Assembly: GCA_016198685.1 (NCBI GenBank)
Contig: JACQID010000004.1
Location: forward strand, 273,874-337,873
Direction: 5' to 3'
Source: Candidatus Aenigmatarchaeota archaeon
Lineage (GTDB): Archaea; Aenigmatarchaeota; Aenigmatarchaeia; GW2011-AR5
Length of the DNA: 64,000 nucleotides
This document shows positions 1 through 9,172 of this stretch, in pieces. Each line of letters starts with the position of its first letter. Within the stretch, counting starts at the first letter, position 1. The position numbers and the translations under genes are program-made. The notes under the pieces are model-generated. The model saw nothing but the letters and a program-made list of their open reading frames with translations, did no database searches and was not told the origin of the DNA.

Positions 1-3000
1 CTTGAGTGCAATGCCGGATACCTCGCTTCGCGACCATGTTGCCCTGTCGTATTTATACACGGTAATCTCGGGTGAGCCGGAAGTATAAGAAGTGTTAAGC
101 GTTACCTGCTGCCCGGAAAGTGTTCCTTGGGCATATATTGTAATGTTGTCCGAAGACCCATAAGTCCATTTTTCTGTCCAAGCACTGGGAGTAAAGTCCC
201 TTACATCAAACCATACATAAGTTCGCTTGACGTCGCTGCTCTCGTTTATCCTTATGGCGATCTGGTAAAACCCGTTCGGCAAACTCTGGCTCAGGCTCAC
301 GTTTGCCGCTGCGCTATACTTGTTGTTTGAAGTCGTGGCATCTGACCACAACGAACTTGAAACCGGTGCTCCTGTCATTGAATTTATCACCGATTCAATA
401 TTGGTTTCGGTACTGCCTGTATATGCGCGTCCGCTTGAAGGATCTGTTATCGTGCAACTTATGTTAACTGAAACTCCTGACTGTATGTCTCCCCATGAAA
501 CCCTGTTGCAGCTCGCAAAGAAGGTTTCTATCTTGAATCCCCATTCGGCTTTTTCCGTGCCAAGGGAATTATTGAATTCTGCGGAGACAAAATAATCTCC
601 CGAATCCCATGTCCCGCCTGCCGCCCCATCGTCGAGTGGTTTCAAGACGAAAGTGCCAACGCCGGGTATTAGAATATTGCCCGTGCCCTTTATTGTCCCG
701 TCTTTGCTTGTGACATTGTAATCTACTTTTTCCTGAAGCACGGTCTCCCCTGATGAAAAGTCAAACTTGGCTACTTTTACGGATTTTAGCGTCACGTTGT
801 AATATGATGTCTGCGAATTATCTCCTACTGAAACGCCAGACGAGCCTCCTAATCCTGAAGTTTCTCCAAGATCCTGTATGTATCCAATAGACCAATTCGA
901 AACATTTCCTTCGGAGTTTCCAGGCCCTCTCATTCCTAACTTGTAGTATTTGCCTGTCGTGCTATTGACGCAGAAATATCTTGTGTGCGTTGCATTGTAA
1001 GAGCCTGCTAATGTCATGTTCGTCGTGTTTCTGTATCCCTGATTGCTATACACAGGCGCAAAACCCGGACCGGTGCACTTGAAGCCCTGGAAAGGCCCGC
1101 CACTATCATAGTCGCTAAGTATCTTTTCTCCTGAAACGCATTTGCTGAAAACGGAATTCATGCATCCCATGAAAGCTATGGTCGAATTCTTTGTGACGCC
1201 CCCGCTCGTAAGGTTAACCGCAGAGAGGTTCGCCATATCTATATCTGACACGTTGCTCGTTGTCATGTTGATGTCCGGGAAAGTATCCCCGTCAAGATCA
1301 AATCCTCGGCCGGCTACAACCACTCCTTCCTCCAATATGGCTTCAGGAGTTCCGATAGGGCCGCCTCCGCCACCGCAAGTCGTATCTTCAGGAGGACAAC
1401 CACCACCGAATTGGTTTCTCATCCATGAAGGGTCGGAAGAGATAGTCGCTGTGAAATTTATGTTGTCGCTTCTACCATATCTCCAGTTGCTGCTGCTTAT
1501 TTCGGCAAAGAAGTTTCTTACCATGAAGAAACCTTCAACCTGGTCCGTAACCGTCCCGTTTGTAACATCAAAAACGATGAGATACTGGCCGTTGCTCCAT
1601 CCTCCAGTAGGCGGCTCAAGGGTCATAAGCACTCTTCCGGAAGCGTCTGTAGTTCCTTGGGTGACCGTCTTATCATATGTTAATTCGGATGGAGGGAAGC
1701 TCGCAAAGCTTAATATTTTTTTCAGCGAAACCGTAAGGTTGGCTGCCGGCCTGTAATTCACTACATTGAACACGTCGATCTTCATGCTCACGTTCTCATT
1801 TTTGCCTATTGTGAAGTCGGGCACGTTAGTTTCTGGGTTTACCGGCATTCCAAATCCTTCGAATATTTTTGACATGAAGAATCCTTCGCCGCTGTCTATT
1901 CCGCCCGAAAAGTTCACAATGACTTTAACTATGTAGAAGCCGGATTTCCAGCCTGTTGCAGGCGCGGATATGACCGTGCTGTTCGAACCTCCGTCTATTC
2001 GTATTGTCGTGTTAGTAGAATCTATCTTCTTGGGCGGGAATATGAATTCACCTGCATTCCCTCCATAAAAAACGCCGCTTATCGTAAGCGTGCCTGTCCT
2101 ATTTGCCGTCTGCCATGTTCCAGGTTCTCTTACAGTCACTGAGACATTTACAGCCGTGTTCGGGCCTACGTTCCAGTTTTGGAAGCTATTGAAACCCAAC
2201 GAAGAAGCATCGGTCGTTGTGTTTGCACGAACCGTGACATCCATGAAGTATTTCCTTACGTCGAAGAAGCCCTGGGCACGATCGGTTTTGTTGTCCGACG
2301 TTGAAAGATTGAAAAATGCGATATAAAATCCGCCAGTCCAGTTCTGGCCGTTGACGCTCGATTTCATGCTGATTGCGCAACTGCCTGAAGAATCTGTAAC
2401 GCAATTCGTCAGTGTTACGGATGAAGTCCAGTCTTCTTCGGTATTAAGATTGATTATTTTAGTAACTGTTACTTGTGCTCCCTGTACTGATGAACCGCCG
2501 CCTATGCCAAACAACCCGCCTTCAACGCCTCTTGGGCCGCCTCCAAATGATCCCTTGGACATGAAGCCTTCATTGCCCTGCTTCTCGCTTGCCGTTGTAA
2601 CGCTTACATTGAGCTGAACAGTGTCATTGGGTCTGAAGAACCAGAAAAATCCCGGTCCCGGACCGCCTGCGCCCGGTGTAGGAGTAGTGCTTCCAGGGCT
2701 TCCCGCGCTTACAGGGCGTATAGTTACATCCAGCGACCTGACTTTGAAATTGCCGTCAACAGAAACCGAGCCTACAGGCGTATCTGTCTGGGCTTTTACA
2801 AAATAATCCCCGCCTTTTACAGGAGCCGTCAAATTAATGTATGTATAATTTCCAGACGTGTATGTTGCATTCGTCCCGAATAATGAAGTCTTGTCATTTC
2901 CTTCACTATCTGCAATCGAATAACTTGAAATGCCCGTGACGGGTACTGTGCCAGAAACATTCTGCGCAGAGAACCTAAGGACTATTTTCTTGCCTGCAAC

Positions 3001-4332
3001 GAAGTCTCGTTGTGAGACGCCGTTCGGGAACGTATCCATCGACACAACAAAGCCTTTTGCCCTCTGGATCGTGAAGTACCCTATTCCAGAGCCTGATCCA
3101 AAGGTATCGTTTATGCTTATCAGGACTTTATAAGTGCCGGAAGCCGAGGTCCCCGGAATCAAAAATGACATCTTGTATTTGCCGTCAGTACTGACTTGAT
3201 CCGTGACAGTAGGCGAGATCGCCGTATCTACTCCTGAAGGATCATATATTTTTGCGCCTGAAGTTATCGTAGTCGCCTTGCCTGCGATGTTATCGCTTGT
3301 AGATGCGTTTTTCAATTTCAACCCAAGGGTCACGGTCGAACCCGGATAAAAAACAAGCTGACCGTCCCATGCACTAATTTCCATTACGTATGCCCTGACT
3401 TCAAAGCTGCCGAGCAGTTCCTTTGTTATATTTGAACCCTGTGCAGTCACGGTAGCTGTAACAGAATATATGCCTTCGCCTGTTGAAGAAAATTTGTCCT
3501 CATAAACGCCTGTGAGGCTTGTAGCAGAGCTGTCCGTAGCCTGAGTCATTGCAGTTACGGTTGTCTTGGTTCCGTTCGGTGCAGTTATCACGAGTTGCCT
3601 TGTTGAAGCCGTGGCTCCATTGCCATTTGCATTCTTCACCGTGATCCTGATAGTTACATTGTCCCCGCGGCCGACTACTGTAGGCGATATTTTCATTGAA
3701 GCGCTGAAACCGCCTACAAGAAGCGGAACTGCCTGCTCGAATTTGTTTATTTCGACTATGTATTCACCTTCCGTGCTTGGAACTGTGAAGGAAGTCGAGC
3801 ATTTACCTACGCTGTCGGTTGTGCAGGAAGTTATTTCACTTATCAAGGTCCCATTCTTGTATCGTAAATTCGGCATTATCAAAACAGAAGGAACGCCGTT
3901 GCCGTTCGAATTCACGACAGTGGCAACAAGACTTGCAACCGTATCGGTGCTATATGAAGGCTTGTTAAGCGATATCAAAATTTTTGAATAGGGGAGAACC
4001 TTGATAAAGTGGCTAACTACCGTGCCGGAAGCGTTTGCAAGTATGGTATAGTTACCGGATGAAGAAAGTGAGAAAGTATAATTTGCGCCTCCTGTAGAAT
4101 TGGTCGTCAATGAAGAAGATGAAACCGCCGCGCCTGATGAGTCTTTAACTGTCAGCAAAACAGATTCGTTCGAGATAGCGGTTGTATTGTCAGACACTAC
4201 AACAGACGAGTAGATGCTCTCGTTTACATTGAACGAATACTTGTTTGTTTTCACTGAAACATCAAGCGAAAAAGAAGGCATAGCAATGAGAAGAATCGCA
4301 GCGACCAAAACAAATTTTGATGCTCTTCCCAC
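1..4332 (-). CDS. Giant secreted surface protein with tandem Ig/macroglobulin-like repeats (3'-partial, >1444 aa)
   Basis: GTG at 4332 gives MGRASKFVLVAAILLIAMPSFS (signal peptide). The frame was open wherever I translated it, through to position 1. The ORF track lists no stop-terminated ORF in this frame, consistent with run-off. Ser/Thr/Asn-rich beta-sandwich-like repeats. Confidence 0.85.
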   Translation of the reverse strand, partial: MGRASKFVLVAAILLIAMPSFSLDVSVKTNKYSFNVNESIYSSVVVSDNTTAISNESVLLTVKDSSGAAVSSSSLTTNSTGGANYTFSLSSSGNYTILANASGTVVSHFIKVLPYSKILISLNKPSYSTDTVASLVATVVNSNGNGVPSVLIMPNLRYKNGTLISEITSCTTDSVGKCSTSFTVPSTEGEYIVEINKFEQAVPLLVGGFSASMKISPTVVGRGDNVTIRITVKNANGNGATASTRQLVITAPNGTKTTVTAMTQATDSSATSLTGVYEDKFSSTGEGIYSVTATVTAQGSNITKELLGSFEVRAYVMEISAWDGQLVFYPGSTVTLGLKLKNASTSDNIAGKATTITSGAKIYDPSGVDTAISPTVTDQVSTDGKYKMSFLIPGTSASGTYKVLISINDTFGSGSGIGYFTIQRAKGFVVSMDTFPNGVSQRDFVAGKKIVLRFSAQNVSGTVPVTGISSYSIADSEGNDKTSLFGTNATYTSGNYTYINLTAPVKGGDYFVKAQTDTPVGSVSVDGNFKVRSLDVTIRPVSAGSPGSTTPTPGAGGPGPGFFWFFRPNDTVQLNVSVTTASEKQGNEGFMSKGSFGGGPRGVEGGLFGIGGGSSVQGAQVTVTKIINLNTEEDWTSSVTLTNCVTDSSGSCAISMKSSVNGQNWTGGFYIAFFNLSTSDNKTDRAQGFFDVRKYFMDVTVRANTTTDASSLGFNSFQNWNVGPNTAVNVSVTVREPGTWQTANRTGTLTISGVFYGGNAGEFIFPPKKIDSTNTTIRIDGGSNSTVISAPATGWKSGFYIVKVIVNFSGGIDSGEGFFMSKIFEGFGMPVNPETNVPDFTIGKNENVSMKIDVFNVVNYRPAANLTVSLKKILSFASFPPSELTYDKTVTQGTTDASGRVLMTLEPPTGGWSNGQYLIVFDVTNGTVTDQVEGFFMVRNFFAEISSSNWRYGRSDNINFTATISSDPSWMRNQFGGGCPPEDTTCGGGGGPIGTPEAILEEGVVVAGRGFDLDGDTFPDINMTTSNVSDIDMANLSAVNLTSGGVTKNSTIAFMGCMNSVFSKCVSGEKILSDYDSGGPFQGFKCTGPGFAPVYSNQGYRNTTNMTLAGSYNATHTRYFCVNSTTGKYYKLGMRGPGNSEGNVSNWSIGYIQDLGETSGLGGSSGVSVGDNSQTSYYNVTLKSVKVAKFDFSSGETVLQEKVDYNVTSKDGTIKGTGNILIPGVGTFVLKPLDDGAAGGTWDSGDYFVSAEFNNSLGTEKAEWGFKIETFFASCNRVSWGDIQSGVSVNISCTITDPSSGRAYTGSTETNIESVINSMTGAPVSSSLWSDATTSNNKYSAAANVSLSQSLPNGFYQIAIRINESSDVKRTYVWFDVRDFTPSAWTEKWTYGSSDNITIYAQGTLSGQQVTLNTSYTSGSPEITVYKYDRATWSRSEVSGIALK

Positions 4333-4483
4333 TGAATCACCGGAATAATAAAACGTTTATGTGAAGAAGTTGTATATAAAGCTAACGCAATTTTTATCGG
4401 AATTCCGCTTTTTTTGCGCGATAAAGGAAAATTTTCATATTTTTGGAACGAATAAATATCTTCTGAAAGTAATTAATCAAGCC

Positions 4484-4554
4484 GCCGGGTTGACAGAGCG
4501 GCCATGTGCTCGCCTGCAAAGCGAGATAGAGGCGTTCAACTCGCCTACCCGGCT
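4484..4554 (+). tRNA. tRNA-Cys(GCA), intronless
   Basis: Acceptor GCCGGGT/ACCCGGC, anticodon arm CTCGC-CTGCAAA-GCGAG, T arm AGGCG-TTCAACT-CGCCT, U73 discriminator. Confidence 0.95.
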
Positions 4555-4563
4555 TCGTAATGA

Positions 4564-4865
4564 TGCAACGAATGGACAACCTCCGATTCTTCAAACGCAG
4601 CCATGTCAGGATATATTCATGGCACGACAGACTGGTCTTCTGCTGTAGATATGCAGTGCAATTCAAATTTTCGAATATACTGCTTCGAAAAAGCGTATCC
4701 TTCATCAACTACCACCACAGTCGTGGTTTCGGCGTGCGGCGACTCTGATGGAGGGGGTCGGGAGAATCTGCTGCGGTTAATGTAAGAACAACTTCTCGTT
4801 TCAGTACTGGCAGCATCGAAAATGGCAATCCTGCCAAAGTAGACATAGAATACTACGAGCCGTAG
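4564..4865 (+). pseudogene. Fragment of surface/adhesin gene (DUF1554/endostatin-like C-terminus + Thr linker + CxDSDGG motif)
   Basis: Frame reads CNEWTTSDSS...DWSSAVDMQCNSNFRIYCFEKAYPSSTTTT...CGDSDGG. No N-terminus; begins after a stop right behind the tRNA; the frame then breaks. Confidence 0.5.
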
Positions 4866-5001
4866 GGAATGATATTTACTTAATCGATTAATGAATCTAT
4901 TAACTGTAGAAAGCTTTATTAATTTTTAGTTGTAATTATATATATTCATATTTTCTTGTTAGTTTTCTTGTTAGTTTATAATCAAAACTTGAGGTAAAAA
5001 T

Positions 5002-5202
5002 ATGACAGAATATGAAAAAGGGCCTGAAGGACCAGAGTATAGACCTGAAGATCACTATAGGAGTACAGGTATACGCAAACTCATTCGGGACATTGTCGAA
5101 CTTTATGGTACTGAGCCAATGAGTAGAGAAAATAGGCCAACGGCCCGAAGTGACTTAAAAGCTATGTTACATCGTTTTACACAACCTTGGAGAAGACCGT
5201 AG
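5002..5202 (+). CDS. Small protein upstream of PIN toxin, putative antitoxin
   Basis: 66 aa, GAGGT RBS upstream, 12 nt from the PIN gene; operon geometry typical of type II TA. Confidence 0.5.
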   Translation: MTEYEKGPEGPEYRPEDHYRSTGIRKLIRDIVELYGTEPMSRENRPTARSDLKAMLHRFTQPWRRP

Positions 5203-5214
5203 ACAAATATCATA

Positions 5215-5721
5215 GTGCCCTTTTATTATCTTGATACATCAGCTTGGGTAAAGCGATATATAACTGAAAATGGCAGTGACTTTGTCGATCAACTTTTTGA
5301 TGGAAAAATGTCAAACGAAAAATTTCTGACTTCCATCTATACAGGACTGGAGATGCAAATATCTCTTCAACGCGCGCGACATATGAGAAAAATTGATCTT
5401 TTAGATTTCAATCGCATAATGAGGAATTATGGCCATGACGTTGTTACCGACAATGTTGAGATAGTTTCCATTGACGATGATATAATACGATCAGCTTCCG
5501 TTTTATCTGGTAAGTATCCCAAACTAGGCGAAGGAGATACGATCCACCTCGCTACAGCGCTTGATTTAGAATATTCTGAAGGCAATGATCTGATAATGAT
5601 TACAGCTGATAGAGATCTTCTTGAAGCCTCAATAGCGGAAAATCTATTTTCCCTACACCCTGTATATAACTCTTCAAGACGCGAACTGCGCAGAATAAGA
5701 ACAGGAAGACGAAGAAGATAA
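5215..5721 (+). CDS. vapC: PIN-domain (VapC-like) ribonuclease toxin
   Basis: YYLDTSAWVKRY, GLE, GDTIHLATA, ITADRDL: the four acidic PIN residues are present. Confidence 0.85.
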   Translation: MPFYYLDTSAWVKRYITENGSDFVDQLFDGKMSNEKFLTSIYTGLEMQISLQRARHMRKIDLLDFNRIMRNYGHDVVTDNVEIVSIDDDIIRSASVLSGKYPKLGEGDTIHLATALDLEYSEGNDLIMITADRDLLEASIAENLFSLHPVYNSSRRELRRIRTGRRRR

Positions 5722-5736
5722 GTAACTACGATAATT

Positions 5737-6783
5737 TCATTTGTTTTCATTTCTCTGCATTTTATCAACGCTTATTTCCATCCATTTGCCTGCATAATCT
5801 TCAGCGCCTACAGCATCCAAGGCTCTTGATAAAAGGTTATCAGGCGCAAAAACATGCGGTGATCCGGCATCGGTTAGATCAGGTCCTTTGTAAGGAGGGG
5901 TATAATCAGGCGTATAGAAAAAAGGCATACCCTTATCTATCCTGCTTTTCCTGACGCGCGGATTTTTTATCGCTGAGCCGAAACGTCCCGGACGCTCCGC
6001 GTCTATGAAATAAATTTCCCGACCAAAGCGCTCGTATCTTCCTTCTCTATTCATGCCTTCGGCATCTATTGCCTCTATTTCATCGGAGTGAATAGGCAAA
6101 TAGAAACCCTGCAATAACGTCATATTTGTTTCAGATTCATATACTATGTCTACGAAGCCTCCCGCAACGAACAATATATCGCCATTTTCACGCCTGGCGG
6201 TTATGGTATCTGAAGGATCAATGATTTCTGCGTTAATATGCATCGTTGGCAATTGCAATCCTATCTTTTTCGCTGATTCTGAAATGTAAGGCTCCATGCC
6301 GACAGGCGCAAGAAGCCGATGATCATCTTTTGTCACTATCAGGCATTCCTCGGCCGCCTCGCGCATCGCCGTGCTATAAAGCCCGCTGGGGAGATAGACC
6401 TCATCATGTGTAGGATGACCCGCAGGGATGCTGTGGTATAGGGCATGCGTAGGCGCTCTGATGTCCCGCCTGTGGGATATAATTTTTCCGTCTTTTGTCA
6501 TGTAAAATATACCTGCACATGGCGGCCTTATCGGATGCACCTCGTCAGCTATCGCTGAAACACCCTCTTCCTTGAGACGTTTCATGACAGTTATTCCATA
6601 TTCAGGATTTTGTGGTAAACGTCCACGAAACGTTTCCGGAAGATTTGGATAGAGAAGGCTTATAGAGAGCCTGCCATCCCGTAGACTTGCAATGGCACGG
6701 TCTACCTTCAAATTTCCGGTTCTGTAAACTGCCGGATTCATAAAACAATAGATTTGTAAACCCTTTTTAAGTTGTAAATTCAA
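5737..6783 (-). CDS. Divergent Nudix-fold protein (true start may be 6741)
   Basis: GIFYMTKDGKIISHRRD...HSIPAG...AMREAAEECLI resembles a Nudix beta-strand plus a degenerate Nudix box. Confidence 0.6.
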   Translation of the reverse strand: MNLQLKKGLQIYCFMNPAVYRTGNLKVDRAIASLRDGRLSISLLYPNLPETFRGRLPQNPEYGITVMKRLKEEGVSAIADEVHPIRPPCAGIFYMTKDGKIISHRRDIRAPTHALYHSIPAGHPTHDEVYLPSGLYSTAMREAAEECLIVTKDDHRLLAPVGMEPYISESAKKIGLQLPTMHINAEIIDPSDTITARRENGDILFVAGGFVDIVYESETNMTLLQGFYLPIHSDEIEAIDAEGMNREGRYERFGREIYFIDAERPGRFGSAIKNPRVRKSRIDKGMPFFYTPDYTPPYKGPDLTDAGSPHVFAPDNLLSRALDAVGAEDYAGKWMEISVDKMQRNENK

Positions 6784-6801
6784 TGAATTCTCGGTGATGG
6801 A

Positions 6802-7383
6802 ATGGAAGAGCCGGGAAACGTAAAGGATCTTATTCAGGATGTGAAGAACCTATCTGGGCTTATGTTGAATCTTGCTTATTCGTCCGTGTTTTTCGAAAGC
6901 AAGGAGATAGCCAAGGAAGTGATCATATTGTACAACGATATAGAGAGTCTTGAAGAAAACTTGTATCTGCATTTGTTCGCAGCATCACGCGGCGGCCACC
7001 AAGCCAAGAGGCTCATTGGCGTCATAGATGTTGCCGAAAGCTCTAAATTTGTTGCAAATGCCGCAAGGAATATGGCCGAGATGGTACTTGAAGGCAGGGA
7101 ACTGCATCCCGTCATTAAAGACGCCCTCCGTGAAAGCGACGAAAGCATAGCACGCGAGACCGTGCTGAAAAAATCTATACTTGTAAGCAAGACACTCGGC
7201 GACATGAAGCTTAGGACAGAAACAGGCGCCAACGTCATTGCCATAAAAAGGAATGGGAAATGGATGTTCAATCCCGAAGAAACTACAACCGTTCGCGAGG
7301 AAGATGTGCTTATCTTCATCGGCTCCAAAGAAAGCTGCAAACGCCTCCATAAGCTGGCTAGAGGGGAATTGAAAAAGCTCTAA
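6802..7383 (+). CDS. PhoU-like + TrkA-C domain protein (potassium channel regulator family)
   Basis: KNLSGLMLNLAYSS N-terminus; TLGDMKLRTETGANVIAIKRNGKWMFNP TrkA-C motif. Confidence 0.85.
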   Translation: MEEPGNVKDLIQDVKNLSGLMLNLAYSSVFFESKEIAKEVIILYNDIESLEENLYLHLFAASRGGHQAKRLIGVIDVAESSKFVANAARNMAEMVLEGRELHPVIKDALRESDESIARETVLKKSILVSKTLGDMKLRTETGANVIAIKRNGKWMFNPEETTTVREEDVLIFIGSKESCKRLHKLARGELKKL

Positions 7384-7410
7384 GTATAATATCCTTCGCG
7401 GAGGAATATT

Positions 7411-8646
7411 ATGAATTCACTGCGTAGCTTTCTGAGTGCGGAGGCACTGGCCTACGTCAAGCTACGCTACAGCATTTTTTCGCTTGTTATTAGCGGCATA
7501 ACATCGATTTTTGCGGGAGTCTTGCTTAGCAAATCAGAAGCTCTGATACTTGCAGTCCCTGGGCTTCTTGTATTGTTGCCTGCAGCACTGGATATCCGCG
7601 GCTGTATTTTCGGAACCTTGGCATCAAGGCTCGGCTCTGCGTTTCACATAGGCACGCTCAAAAATTTTGACCTGAAAAACAAGGTATTGCGCATAAATGT
7701 TTTTGCATCATTGTCTCTTAGCGTGATTCTTTCCGTATATCTTGGTATCATATCAAAAATTCTAACGTATCTTTTTGGATTGCCCGCCATACCTTTGCAG
7801 GAGCTTGTTTCCATATCGCTGATCGCAGGATTGCTATCCGGCGTCCTTCTCACGATTGCTTCAATATGGATATCCTTTCTTGCCTACAAAAGAAGCTGGG
7901 ATCCTGATAATGTAACATCCCCTCTTGTCACGGCAATAGGCGATTTCTTTACTATACCTAGCCTTATTGCAGCAGCTATGATAGTGCAATATATAGGGCA
8001 TTATTCTGAAATGATATTCTACGCATCCGTTATGTTGTCTCTTCTTAGCATGTTTCACGTCCTTATTTCCTCTGGTGTAGTTCCAAATTCCATCAATTTC
8101 AAGCGCATAATGACGGAGTCTATGCCTGTACTCGCATTGTCAGGATTGCTCAGCGCGGCTTCCGGCGTTGTACTGGAAGCATACGTGCACAGCATAATAG
8201 CGATACCTATTATATTGATGTTCATCCCTTCGTTCCTTGAAACCGCAGGCAATATAACAACCATACTCTCGTCACGCGTTGGAAGCAAGCTGCATCTTGG
8301 TTTGATCAAGCCTGACTTCAAAATGAAAGGCGAAAAGCTCCAGGAAATACTCAATTCAATGCGCCTTGCCTATTTCATTTTCCCGCTTTTAGGAATAATG
8401 GCTTATTACATAGGCGCATTTGCAGGGGTCAACGGCTTGACACTCTGGGATATAGTAATCCTATCGGTTTCATCCGGAATTATCCTGCATCTCTTTCTCA
8501 TCCTGATGTCCATGGCCATATCGATAATATCCTTCAACCACAACGTCGATCCGGATAACGTGACAATACCTATAATGACAAGCGTTGCCGACATAGTATC
8601 GGTTCTGGTTATAGTAGGAATGGTACACGTTCTTGGCTTTGTCTAG
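7411..8646 (+). CDS. mgtE: MgtE-family integral membrane Mg2+/divalent cation transporter (two MgtE repeats)
   Basis: RGCIFGTLASRLGS / DPDNVTSPLVTAIGD and AGNITTILSSRVGS / DPDNVTIPIMTSVAD. Confidence 0.88.
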   Translation: MNSLRSFLSAEALAYVKLRYSIFSLVISGITSIFAGVLLSKSEALILAVPGLLVLLPAALDIRGCIFGTLASRLGSAFHIGTLKNFDLKNKVLRINVFASLSLSVILSVYLGIISKILTYLFGLPAIPLQELVSISLIAGLLSGVLLTIASIWISFLAYKRSWDPDNVTSPLVTAIGDFFTIPSLIAAAMIVQYIGHYSEMIFYASVMLSLLSMFHVLISSGVVPNSINFKRIMTESMPVLALSGLLSAASGVVLEAYVHSIIAIPIILMFIPSFLETAGNITTILSSRVGSKLHLGLIKPDFKMKGEKLQEILNSMRLAYFIFPLLGIMAYYIGAFAGVNGLTLWDIVILSVSSGIILHLFLILMSMAISIISFNHNVDPDNVTIPIMTSVADIVSVLVIVGMVHVLGFV

Positions 8647-8738
8647 TCCAGATACGGCACGACTAAATGCAGATACAGATAAAGTGAAAATATCAGAAAC
8701 AATGCCAATATGACGAAATATCGCCTATCACGGTCCAT
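8643..8738 (-). CDS. Candidate 31-aa single-TM microprotein
   Basis: Hand translation: MDRDRRYFVILALFLIFSLYLYLHLVVPYLD*; stop overlaps the mgtE stop (CTAG). Confidence 0.4.
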   Translation of the reverse strand: MDRDRRYFVILALFLIFSLYLYLHLVVPYLD

Positions 8739-8822
8739 GACGATTAAATATGCAAATAAGAATTAATAGAGAAAGCAGGTAATGTCTGCCCGTTTGCGTA
8801 GAGAAGCTTATTCTCTATTGCA

Positions 8823-8991
8823 GAAAATCCTGACCTGCGCCCGCCGGGATTCGCACGGAGGACATTCTTCCTCCGGCGCAGTGAAGACTTCGTCTTCCCT
8901 GTGAACCTTCGGTTCTGTTGAAGTGGCGCCTTCAACATCCAGAGAAGCGAAGCTTGTCCTCGGAAAATCCCAGTATGCGCCCGCCGGGATT
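8823..8991. repeat. 140-bp structured element bounded by a duplication of the tRNA-Gly 3' end
   Basis: TGCGCCCGCCGGGATT at 8836-8851 and 8976-8991; GAAAATCC 5 nt before each copy; several hairpins in between. Confidence 0.8.
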
Positions 8992-9085
8992 TGAACCCGG
9001 ATCAACAGCTTTCTTCGTTTTCCGCCGGCGCTTTTTCTAAAAGGGCCGTTGGAAGGCTGTGGTCCTGCCGTTAGACTACAGGCGC
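8976..9085 (-). tRNA. tRNA-Gly(TCC) with 39-nt canonical 37/38 intron (9011-9049)
   Basis: GCGCCTG/CGGGCGC acceptor, ACAGC-CTTCCA|intron|A-GCTGT, T-loop TTCAAAT; CTTC pairs with intron GAAG giving a BHB. Confidence 0.93.
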
Positions 9086-9172
9086 TTCTTTCTCATATCC
9101 ATTATAGACAAAGAAATAAAAATGGTTGGTTTGGCTCAGAATTGCAAAATGTGCGACATAAGTTCTTGGAGT

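Noticed and set aside
127-3991. Several plus-strand ORFs over the first 4 kb
   Set aside because: Antisense shadows of the giant minus-strand gene; hydrophobic/Pro-rich composition typical of the reverse frame
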